DNA from: Candidatus Zixiibacteriota bacterium
GTDB lineage: Bacteria; Zixibacteria; MSB-5A5; GN15; FEB-12
Assembly (NCBI GenBank): GCA_024275255.1
Contig: JAJRZL010000122.1
Span: 1 to 45,903 of the forward strand
Length of the DNA: 45,903 nucleotides
Direction of reading: 5' to 3'
Shown here: in pieces, positions 1 through 8,305 of the stretch
How positions within the stretch are numbered: position 1 is the stretch's first letter
Layout: every line of letters starts with the position of its first letter
Program-made: the position numbers and the translations under genes
The notes under the pieces: generated by a model
Told to the model about the DNA's origin: nothing
What the model saw: only the letters and a program-made list of their open reading frames with translations
Database searches by the model: none

Positions 1-76
1 GGCGAGTGGGGTCTACTTCTACCGCCTCGATGTTGGCAGCTTCAGCGATACCAAGAAAATGGTCCTCCTGAAGTAA
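1..76 (+). CDS. 3' end of a gene for a secreted protein with a T9SS type-A (Por) C-terminal sorting domain; 5' part lies outside the window
   Basis: Frame 2 (nt 2-73) reads ASGVYFYRLDVGSFSDTKKMVLLK, followed by TAA at 74-76. The GVYFYRL...TKKMVLLK pattern matches the terminal strands of T9SS C-terminal domains. Confidence 0.55.
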   Translation, partial: ASGVYFYRLDVGSFSDTKKMVLLK

Positions 77-110
77 TTCCGACAAATACCAGTATAGTTT
101 GGTATAGACA

Positions 111-141
111 AAGCCCCGCCTACCCGGCGGGGCTTTCTTTT
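111..141 (+). terminator. Rho-independent terminator after the T9SS-substrate gene; it could also serve the convergent minus-strand gene
   Basis: GCCCCGCC (113-120) pairs with GGCGGGGC (126-133) around a 5-nt loop, followed by TTTCTTTT (134-141). Confidence 0.6.
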
Positions 142-171
142 AAGAGGGAACTTGCAAAACTGATATGATAA

Positions 172-924
172 TTATTGTTTTACTGTCGGCAATGAATCAA
201 GAAGCTTGACAATAGCTTGTATTTCAAATGGCTTTTGCAGGAATCCAGCCGGTTGATAATCGGAACTGCTTTTTAGAATATCTTCATCGGAGAAAAAGGC
301 GGAAATAAGGATAACGGGTAAATCCGGTTTTATCTTTTTTATTTCCTTGAGCAAAGTTATCCCGTCCATACCGGGCATTTTAATATCGGTTATAACTGCA
401 TCCACCTTGCCATATTGCAGTTCCCGCAGGGCTTCTTTACCTCCTTCGACAGCGGTTGTAATAAAGCTGTTATACTGCAAGGCTTCACCAAGCATGTCAC
501 GGAACAAATCATCATCTTCAACAATCATTACCCGACGAAAGGTGTGTTTATTTTTTGAATGTTTCTTTGACAGGGCATCCTTGATAAGTTGTTCGATATG
601 TCCGATTCGAAATGGTTTGGCAAGGAATCCATCGGGGTTGGCACTCCCAATCATGTCTTCACTGGTTACCCCGGTAATAAACAGTACCGGTAATTCCGGG
701 TAGTGTTGTCTGATTTTTTTTAGTAACATGAAGCCATCGAGTTCCGGCATACGGATATCGGATATAACTAAATCATAATGATTGTGCTGGAGTTTTTGTA
801 AGGCGTTATTACCGTCCGAAGCGATATCGGCATTGTATCCAATCGTGTTTAAGGTATCAATGAGTAACTCCCGTAAACGGGCATCATCGTCTACGATAAG
901 GATTTTAGCGGATTGCTCTCGCAT
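172..924 (-). CDS. Tandem receiver (REC-REC) response-regulator protein without an output domain
   Basis: There are two complete receiver domains: ILIVDDD...DLVISDIRMPELDG...LAKPF and VMIVEDDD...DAVITDIKMPGMDG...LQKPF. Confidence 0.85.
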   Translation of the reverse strand: MREQSAKILIVDDDARLRELLIDTLNTIGYNADIASDGNNALQKLQHNHYDLVISDIRMPELDGFMLLKKIRQHYPELPVLFITGVTSEDMIGSANPDGFLAKPFRIGHIEQLIKDALSKKHSKNKHTFRRVMIVEDDDLFRDMLGEALQYNSFITTAVEGGKEALRELQYGKVDAVITDIKMPGMDGITLLKEIKKIKPDLPVILISAFFSDEDILKSSSDYQPAGFLQKPFEIQAIVKLLDSLPTVKQ

Positions 925-1035
925 GATATACCGCTATTAATTTGATTGTTTAGATGATAATTCAAAAGGTCTATACATGGTCAAATCCCCTCATCTTTCA
1001 ATCAACATAGAGAAATACATATGAACAGTCAATGT

Positions 1036-1068
1036 AAAAATAAAAAAGGCAACGGAAGTTCCGTTACC
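1036..1068 (-). terminator. Rho-independent terminator downstream of the M1 peptidase gene
   Basis: On the minus strand, GGTAACGG / CCGTTGCC form a stem (one G-U pair, plus-strand 1048-1068) followed by a U-run (plus-strand A-run 1036-1047). Confidence 0.55.
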
Positions 1069-1095
1069 CTTTCATTGTTTGTGTCGTGGATATCT

Positions 1096-3222
1096 TTATA
1101 ACATCTTTTTCAATGGAGATGCATCTGCCTGCCATTGCCCTTTTCCAACATTATGAGAACCCTTGAAAACAAGATAGGAATACTTTCCATAATGCGGTAT
1201 GAGCTGTCCCAGCCGGGGAAGGGACTGGAAATCATTTGTCAGGACAATCATGTATTTTTTATACCCGTTCCAGTTTTCTCCTGTGCATATAACCGTATGT
1301 CCGGCTTTGGGATAACGTTGTCCGTCAACTATAATACTGTTTGATTCCATCTGTACCCGGTTTTTGAAATATGTCGGCAGTTTGGAAGGGTTTAATATCA
1401 CAGGAAATACACCGGTATCGGCATTGCCGAAAGATTCGGCAGCCTGTATTTCTATGGTTGTATCGCTGGAGATATTTTCACAGAAGGTCCTGAACAGGTT
1501 GTTTGTTTTGGGTTTTGTCTCAAACGATATGTATTGCTTTTGAGGGTTTCCCATAATAGCGGATACGATTGGTTCGATTTCTTCCGGGTAAAGTTTCCTG
1601 AACAGGTGGTATTCCGGATCGACTTCCAGTGTGGTCATATTGGCTGGTATATTTAACGTATATTCCATTGCTGGTGAATCGAGAATGACAGTGGTGTCAT
1701 ATTGTGTGTTTGGTCCGGTAAAATGGAGTGGTACATATAAATGATATTTGTCACCGCTGGTTTCGGTAAGTTTAACGGTAACCGTGTGGATGTCATTACC
1801 TGAGGTATTGTTCAAAATCTCCAGTCCGATAATCGGTGCCCCGGCTCTGTCAATCCATTGAGGAATAATAAACGAGAGCTGCATTCCGGAGGTTTCCTCG
1901 AACGCTTCTATCCATTCTTTCCAGGATATTTGTTTGCCGATATATTTTTTATATATCAGTTTCCAAGCATCAAAAAAAGCATCAGTTCCGATGATTTGTT
2001 CAATCATGTGGTACACCATCATGGCTTTATTATAACCGATAGTCCGGGTATTGGGACTGGTTCGGGAAGTGAACTCCCGGATCGGGAAATCGTTGCCTTC
2101 ATTGACATAGCTGACATATTGTTTCAGGATATTTTTCCGATAGTCTCGTGCCTCAGCAGGAGATTTGAGCAGTTTATATCGATAATCAGCACCATACACG
2201 GTTGCTGCCTCGCACCAGTTTCCTCGTTTGTAATCGACATAGACACTATTACCCCACCAGTTGTGAAGGACTTCATGCCCCAGGGAAGTACGAATGATAA
2301 ACGGCAGACGGAGCACCTGTTGTCCGAGCAGTGTCCATGCCGGCATCCCATATCCGGTGGGGAAGAAATTTTCGGCAACGGTAAATCGTTTATAGGGATA
2401 GGGACCAATCAGCTCGGAATACATTTTGATATAGCCGACAGTAGCATCGAGATAGTCAGCAATCAACCCCGTGTCGGATTCAAAGAAATAACAGGCAACT
2501 TCGATACTGTCAAGATAGGTGGAACGGGTTACATAGGGAGCCGCCATGAACATGACTCCATCCGATTGAAACGGATTTTCCCATTGTTGGGTTTTTCTCC
2601 CGTCAATAATTTTGCTCGACAAACGGTTCCCATCGCTGATAGATTCCCAGTTTTCGGGGATATTTGCAGTCAGGGTTATTTGCAGGGTGTTTTCGTTCCC
2701 CTGGGGGTAAAAGTATGATGCCGGGCTGAGATATGCTCCCTTATCAAGAATAGTGCCGGAGATTTCTTTGCCGACCATTTCATTTGAAAAGCGGACATTG
2801 GAAACATCTTCAAAAAATACACCACCATACATTATCGAAAAGGAAACAGTGCCAGACTGATGAGATTTGAACAGGATTACCTGGGTGTTTTCTTCCGGCT
2901 CTACCTGGGAATAGAGTTCGGTAAGTTCAGGTGGTAATAGAGAAGTATCGGATGAGTTCATGGCAATATAAGTCATTTCTTTGTCTTGTACGGTAAAAGA
3001 CTCAATAGATACATCCTTGTTCATATAAAACATGTTCCACCCGTTTTGTACCTTCATCGAACCGTTGTCAGTAATTCGGGCGCTGTGAGTGGGAACATCA
3101 AGAGTGAGCGAGATATCATGGTTTTGGAAGTCTGCCAGTGTAATTGTTTTCTCCCGGGTACAGGATGAAAAGGCAAGAACAGCCAATACAAGGATGAACA
3201 TAACAGTGAGCTGTTTTATCAT
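1096..3222 (-). CDS. M1-family zinc aminopeptidase, lipoprotein-type signal
   Basis: GHEVLHNWWGN...NWCE gives the HExxH plus downstream Glu zinc motif, with a GYGMPAW exopeptidase-like motif upstream. The N-terminus LAVLAFSSC looks like a lipoprotein signal. Confidence 0.85.
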   Translation of the reverse strand: MIKQLTVMFILVLAVLAFSSCTREKTITLADFQNHDISLTLDVPTHSARITDNGSMKVQNGWNMFYMNKDVSIESFTVQDKEMTYIAMNSSDTSLLPPELTELYSQVEPEENTQVILFKSHQSGTVSFSIMYGGVFFEDVSNVRFSNEMVGKEISGTILDKGAYLSPASYFYPQGNENTLQITLTANIPENWESISDGNRLSSKIIDGRKTQQWENPFQSDGVMFMAAPYVTRSTYLDSIEVACYFFESDTGLIADYLDATVGYIKMYSELIGPYPYKRFTVAENFFPTGYGMPAWTLLGQQVLRLPFIIRTSLGHEVLHNWWGNSVYVDYKRGNWCEAATVYGADYRYKLLKSPAEARDYRKNILKQYVSYVNEGNDFPIREFTSRTSPNTRTIGYNKAMMVYHMIEQIIGTDAFFDAWKLIYKKYIGKQISWKEWIEAFEETSGMQLSFIIPQWIDRAGAPIIGLEILNNTSGNDIHTVTVKLTETSGDKYHLYVPLHFTGPNTQYDTTVILDSPAMEYTLNIPANMTTLEVDPEYHLFRKLYPEEIEPIVSAIMGNPQKQYISFETKPKTNNLFRTFCENISSDTTIEIQAAESFGNADTGVFPVILNPSKLPTYFKNRVQMESNSIIVDGQRYPKAGHTVICTGENWNGYKKYMIVLTNDFQSLPRLGQLIPHYGKYSYLVFKGSHNVGKGQWQADASPLKKML

Positions 3223-3259
3223 TTTGTCATAATCCTTCTATAAGTGAATTATTGTTTTT

Positions 3260-5710
3260 TTATCTTTTTTGATATGAATGGTTACTCTTTACATACGCAT
3301 CCATCCAGTTACTCATTTCATACAGGACATGCATAATTGACTCCCGTGCCCGGTAACCATGACTCTCGGCAGGAAGCATAACTAATTTCGCCGTTGCTCC
3401 CAGTCCTTTCAAAGCAGCGTAAAAACGTTCGCTCTGAAGAGGATACGTTCCGCTGTTGTTGTCTGCCATACCGTGAATCAGGAGGATAGGTTCGTTGATT
3501 TTGTCGGCATGCATAAAAGGCGACATGGCAAAATAGACATCCGGTGCTTCCCAGAATGTTCGCTCCTCCGACTGGAATCCAAACGGAGTCAGGGTACGGT
3601 TATATGCCCCGCTACGGGCAATACCGGCAGCAAACAAGTCGGAATGAGCCAGCAGGTTCGCCGCCATAAAGGCACCATACGAATGCCCCCCGATAGCAAT
3701 CCGGTTCCTGTCGGCTACTCCTCGTCTGACAACTTCATTCACCGCTGCCTTGGCACTGGCGACCAGTTGTTCCACATAAGTATCGTTCGGTTCCTCACCT
3801 TCTTCGCCAATAATGGGCATAGAGGGGTTATCGAGTACGGCGTAGCCATGTGCTAAAAATAGCAGGGGTGAATACCAGCGAATACGTACAAAACGGTATG
3901 GCGAATCGGTTACCTGACCAGCAGCATTGGCGCTTTTGTACTCACGAGGATATGCCCACATCAACATCGGCAGGGGACCATCCTGTTCTGGTGAGTAGTC
4001 AGGAGGCAGGTATAATGTAGCTGTAAGATCTACACCATCAGCCCGTTTATACCGAATCAATTCTTTTTTTACATTGGCAAGTTGTGGGGTGGGATGAGGA
4101 AATGATGTCAATTGTTTAAGCTTCTCGTTATCATTTTTCACATTGCGGATAAAGTAGTTGGGCGGTTCGGTGGTGGATTCCCGGCGAGTCAGCAAACGCA
4201 TAGTGGAAATGTCAAGCAGACTGACAGGTTGTTCATAATATGGTGCCCGGGAATGGAATAGCCGTGTTGTTCCATGGGTTGACAGGTCAAATTCATCAAG
4301 GAAAGGTCTGTCTCCTTCGGGGGAGGCGCCTTTGCCGGTAAGGAAAATAGTTTTTCCCTGTTTTCCTGTCAGCAATACAGAAAACCCATGCTTTGAGTGT
4401 TTCATGAGAGGTTGCCCGGGATCGCTGTAACGGTCTTCAAAAGAGCGATCAATAATAAGGCGTGGGGAAGTTTCCGGGGAATCGGGACTTACCAGCCAGG
4501 ATTTTGTTTCCCTTGTTTTCCACCAGAATTCGGTGACAATTGCCGTGTTTTGTTCCCCCCACAAGATTTCATCGAATCGCAGTCCGAGTGTTATCAGTGG
4601 TTGGGGAGTGCCGTCAAAGGGGGCGGGAAGCAGGTACACCCTGTCACGCTGGGTAACATCTTTCCCGGCATCGCCATCGTCGAGAGCTTCTACCCAGTAC
4701 AACGTAGCATCGGTATCATGCCGCCAATTGATTAACCGCCTGCCGGTACGAACTGAGCCGAACGGGACCGGGATATTATCTGCAAGGGGTAAATCGGCAA
4801 TCCGGGCTACTTTTTGTCCTGTTATGTTCCATACTTCTGTGCGAAGCGGAAACCGGTAATAGGGTACAGTATAGGAAAAGGGACGCTGAATCGTTTTAAC
4901 CAACACGTAGTTTCCATCTGGTGATGGTCCGGCAAAGGTGTAAAGGTCCGGCTGTCCAAGTAGTATGGTGTTGCCGTTTATATCTATTTTTACTATCTGC
5001 GAGGTGGTGTAATAGGTAAATACGATTTCATCGTAGGGACTTTTCAGCAGGTCCTGGTAGGTTCTGGCAGGAGCTTTTCCTTTGAGGTTTTCCTGAATAA
5101 TTGGTCCTGTCGGTACTGATGGTTTTTGCGGTGGTGTGCCGCGGTCAGCAGGAGTTGTTAAGGCGATGAGCGTTTTGCTGTCCGATACCCATGAAAAGGG
5201 ATTCCCGACAGCGGAATTAAGAGAAACCGTTGACAGCCGTTTTGCCTTACCGGAGATGATATCGGCATACCAAAGCTCAAGGTGGTCGGGTTTGGTTATC
5301 ACAAAGGCTATCTTTTTGCTGTCCGGTGACCAGCGTACATTGGTAATATGCGGGCGTTCCGGAAGTCCGGTAATTTCCTGCTCTTTATCCGTAGTAATGT
5401 TTTTCACGGTCATTTTGTTATAATACCATCCCCGGCTGGGACCATTGGTGCGCGGGTTGATACGCAGCCCCGCAAGACGCAACTCGGGCTGGGATACTTC
5501 AGCTATTGAAGGCAGTCCCGGGTAATAGAGAAACAACATCCGGGTATTATCGGGACTGATTGAAATCCTTGGGGTAAAGGGAGCATCGACTAAATCTGCA
5601 ATAGCTTTGGGTGGCATCATATAGTGCTGTTTTGGTTGTTGAGCAAGAGACGTGACAGAAAGCAACAATACCAAAAAAGTAATAGTGAAATGCAATTGCT
5701 TATTAGTCAT
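3260..5710 (-). CDS. S9-family serine peptidase (prolyl oligopeptidase / dipeptidyl peptidase type) with N-terminal beta-propeller
   Basis: The C-terminal alpha/beta hydrolase carries GGHSYGAF (nucleophile Ser), HGMADNN (Asp) and ESHGY (His). An N-terminal signal peptide is present. Only 37 nt separate it from the M1 gene. Confidence 0.85.
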   Translation of the reverse strand: MTNKQLHFTITFLVLLLSVTSLAQQPKQHYMMPPKAIADLVDAPFTPRISISPDNTRMLFLYYPGLPSIAEVSQPELRLAGLRINPRTNGPSRGWYYNKMTVKNITTDKEQEITGLPERPHITNVRWSPDSKKIAFVITKPDHLELWYADIISGKAKRLSTVSLNSAVGNPFSWVSDSKTLIALTTPADRGTPPQKPSVPTGPIIQENLKGKAPARTYQDLLKSPYDEIVFTYYTTSQIVKIDINGNTILLGQPDLYTFAGPSPDGNYVLVKTIQRPFSYTVPYYRFPLRTEVWNITGQKVARIADLPLADNIPVPFGSVRTGRRLINWRHDTDATLYWVEALDDGDAGKDVTQRDRVYLLPAPFDGTPQPLITLGLRFDEILWGEQNTAIVTEFWWKTRETKSWLVSPDSPETSPRLIIDRSFEDRYSDPGQPLMKHSKHGFSVLLTGKQGKTIFLTGKGASPEGDRPFLDEFDLSTHGTTRLFHSRAPYYEQPVSLLDISTMRLLTRRESTTEPPNYFIRNVKNDNEKLKQLTSFPHPTPQLANVKKELIRYKRADGVDLTATLYLPPDYSPEQDGPLPMLMWAYPREYKSANAAGQVTDSPYRFVRIRWYSPLLFLAHGYAVLDNPSMPIIGEEGEEPNDTYVEQLVASAKAAVNEVVRRGVADRNRIAIGGHSYGAFMAANLLAHSDLFAAGIARSGAYNRTLTPFGFQSEERTFWEAPDVYFAMSPFMHADKINEPILLIHGMADNNSGTYPLQSERFYAALKGLGATAKLVMLPAESHGYRARESIMHVLYEMSNWMDAYVKSNHSYQKR

Positions 5711-5803
5711 ATGTACAAGACTCCATGTTTATGAATTATTTCCTGTCTGGAAGAATAGGGAATGATTGACCGAAGAGCAAGGAGTTTGGGTTTTATTGTG
5801 GTA

Positions 5804-6361
5804 TCAAAATTGCAGCAATGGTGCTACTGCTTCATGCAGTGCTGCTCGATAATGCAATCCCCTGATATCAGAAGCCCGCATTATTTTGCCAAATGTGTCA
5901 AACTCCTGTAGTCCAGCCAGTCGAACTTCTCGTATTTCATCATGATCGGTAAATTGAAATTCTCCGCTCTGGTACACTGCCTGCATAACAAAGCTGGTCC
6001 ACGCAATTACCCCGATTTCACTGATAAAACGAACATCACTTTGCAGTAAAAACCGTTGCAGCATAATTTCGCATCCGGTTTCTTCCCGAGCTTCACGCAA
6101 GGCGCCATCGGTAAACGATTCTCCCGGTTGTAACCCGCCCGAAGGAGCACGGTATAACCCCGGGGGATAAAATGGCTTGGCAATAACGACGACTTTATTG
6201 TCCTTTAATATATACATGGTGATATCATGTTTTCTGCCGTGTTTCTGGGAGGATTTTATCCGCTTGAATTCATGTTCGGATACGGTAAACTCAAACGATA
6301 CATGCTGGGGATTACCGAACCGGGTGACTATTTCATCGAGCATCTTTGTCGTTACATACAT
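5804..6361 (-). CDS. NUDIX hydrolase
   Basis: The Nudix box is GGLQPGESFTDGALREAREETGCEI (Gx5Ex7REuxEExGu). Confidence 0.8.
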   Translation of the reverse strand: MYVTTKMLDEIVTRFGNPQHVSFEFTVSEHEFKRIKSSQKHGRKHDITMYILKDNKVVVIAKPFYPPGLYRAPSGGLQPGESFTDGALREAREETGCEIMLQRFLLQSDVRFISEIGVIAWTSFVMQAVYQSGEFQFTDHDEIREVRLAGLQEFDTFGKIMRASDIRGLHYRAALHEAVAPLLQF

Positions 6362-6382
6362 TTACAGACCTGTCAGTGTCAC

Positions 6383-7558
6383 TTATAAAAACAATGTTGT
6401 TATTTCGTTTTGCAGTGGCAGGGTAGTCACTTCGGCGCCGTTGTGGCTGATAAGCATATTTATTTCGGTTCTGAAACCGCAATCATCCATATAAATCCCC
6501 GGTTCTATCGAGAACAGATGCCCCTTGCGCAGTTTCCGATTATCTTCTGTTTCGAGATTGTCAATATTCGGTCCCGGACCATGTTCGGATGTCGTAATGG
6601 AATGTCCGGTGCGATGAGTAAAATATTGTCCGTATCCGGCATCGGCAATAACCTTGCGGCAGACATCATCAACCTGGGCGCCATAGACCGGCTGTTTCTC
6701 TATATTGGTACGGATAAACGATATCGCGGCATCTCGTGCTTTTACCAGAATGGTAAACAATGTTTGATATTTTTCCGGTAGTTCTTCTCTTGTGCCGGTA
6801 AAACACATCCAGGTAATATCGCCATACACCGCCTGGGGTTGTTTCAGTTTTGCCCAGAGATCCAGTAACACGAGATTGCCTCGTTGTATTACGGCACTGG
6901 CTTCCTGTTGAGGTTCGTAGTGAGGGTTGCCGGCATTGGCATTAACAGCACAAAGAGGCGGGTACGTTGTTGTCATATCATATTCATCAAACTGTTTCAA
7001 CACAAACTGGACCACGTCAAATTCAGTAACGGGCGTGTTGTGCTCTACCTGAGAACGGATAAAGTCGAACGTATTATCTTTTATTTCAATTAGGTTCCGG
7101 GCAGCAAGACGATGGGTAGCTATTTGTTCAACAGTCAGGCAGGCTTGAAAAAATGCTACGATATCGGCTGAGGAAACAATTTCAATCCCAAAACTTTTTA
7201 CCAGCTCAATCGTTCCGGCATCGACCAGCCCGATATACGGCAACCGTCCTCTGGGTGAGTATTCCATTGCCAGGGTTGATACATGCTGCAATAGGGTTTG
7301 CAGCTCCTGTTCCAATACAATATAACTTGAATATGTTTTAATAATACCGGGAACAGATGCAAATTTATCCTGCTCGATAGCATGGACAATGGCAACAGGC
7401 TCACCGGTAGCAGGGATAAAATAAAATGAGCGTCGGGTGATAAGACCGTTCAGCTCAAGTAGTTCCATGGCAATGGTGTTGCGACCGTGAAAGTCCGCCA
7501 GCAGCCAGCCATCGAGGTTATGCTCTGCCAGATAAGTCTGGATACGTTGTATTTCCAT
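6383..7558 (-). CDS. M24-family Xaa-Pro aminopeptidase/dipeptidase
   Basis: The creatinase-like N-domain is followed by the M24 core motifs DITWMCF, HRTGHSI, SIEPGIY and EINM. Confidence 0.8.
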   Translation of the reverse strand: MEIQRIQTYLAEHNLDGWLLADFHGRNTIAMELLELNGLITRRSFYFIPATGEPVAIVHAIEQDKFASVPGIIKTYSSYIVLEQELQTLLQHVSTLAMEYSPRGRLPYIGLVDAGTIELVKSFGIEIVSSADIVAFFQACLTVEQIATHRLAARNLIEIKDNTFDFIRSQVEHNTPVTEFDVVQFVLKQFDEYDMTTTYPPLCAVNANAGNPHYEPQQEASAVIQRGNLVLLDLWAKLKQPQAVYGDITWMCFTGTREELPEKYQTLFTILVKARDAAISFIRTNIEKQPVYGAQVDDVCRKVIADAGYGQYFTHRTGHSITTSEHGPGPNIDNLETEDNRKLRKGHLFSIEPGIYMDDCGFRTEINMLISHNGAEVTTLPLQNEITTLFL

Positions 7559-7688
7559 GATGTATCCTCAAAATAAAGAGCTCATGTTGTACTGCTGAAT
7601 ACCAGTATACGATGTTGTTACATTCTTGTCACCTTGATTTTCCATCTCTTGACACTTCTGGCAGGCAACTATAGATTGTCTGAATCGT

Positions 7689-8255
7689 ATGAATAACATG
7701 ATGGGTACTGCTCGAATAGTATTAACCGGGGCGCCGGCATCCGGGAAGACGGTGTTTTTTGAGCGATTGAAAACACATCCGGACTTTGCCGGGTTTCTGT
7801 TCTTTGAAGAACTGGCTCGGCAGCTTCTTGAGGAGTACCCGGAATACCGTCACAACAGGAATGACTTTCACCGGGAAATATATCGCCGCCAGATTGCCCG
7901 TGAAAGACAGGCAGGTAACAGACCATTTATTACCGACCGGGGGACTGCCGACGCTTTTGCTTTTCATCCGGAAACAGCGGTGATGGTGGGAACTACTATC
8001 GCGGCAGAATACAAACGCTACACGGCAGTAGTGCAGCTTGGCTCTGCAGCATCGCTTGGTGAAAAGTGGTATCAAAAAGACAATATCCGCACCGAGTCTA
8101 TTACCGAGGCGTTGGCTATTGAGAACGCTATTGCCGGCATCTGGCAGGAACACCCGGGATATCATTTTATCGCCAATGAAGTGGATTTTGAGATGAAATA
8201 TGAAAAATTTCTTACACTTATTCTTACGCTGATTCGTGAATACAATAATGTGTGA
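7689..8255 (+). CDS. Small P-loop NTPase (AAA_28/NadR-like ATPase)
   Basis: A Walker A motif (LTGAPASGKT) lies near the N-terminus. The protein is 188 aa and I recognise no other domain. Confidence 0.55.
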   Translation: MNNMMGTARIVLTGAPASGKTVFFERLKTHPDFAGFLFFEELARQLLEEYPEYRHNRNDFHREIYRRQIARERQAGNRPFITDRGTADAFAFHPETAVMVGTTIAAEYKRYTAVVQLGSAASLGEKWYQKDNIRTESITEALAIENAIAGIWQEHPGYHFIANEVDFEMKYEKFLTLILTLIREYNNV

Positions 8256-8305
8256 TGAATAAATTGTTATGAAAAATAAACTGTTTTTTACTAATAGAGG
8301 ATACG

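Noticed and set aside
1858-2718. A 286-aa plus-strand ORF inside the M1 peptidase gene.
   Set aside because: It lies entirely antisense to a gene with clear HExxH-E and signal-peptide features. Its own translation has no recognisable motif and is compositionally odd, so it is a typical shadow ORF.
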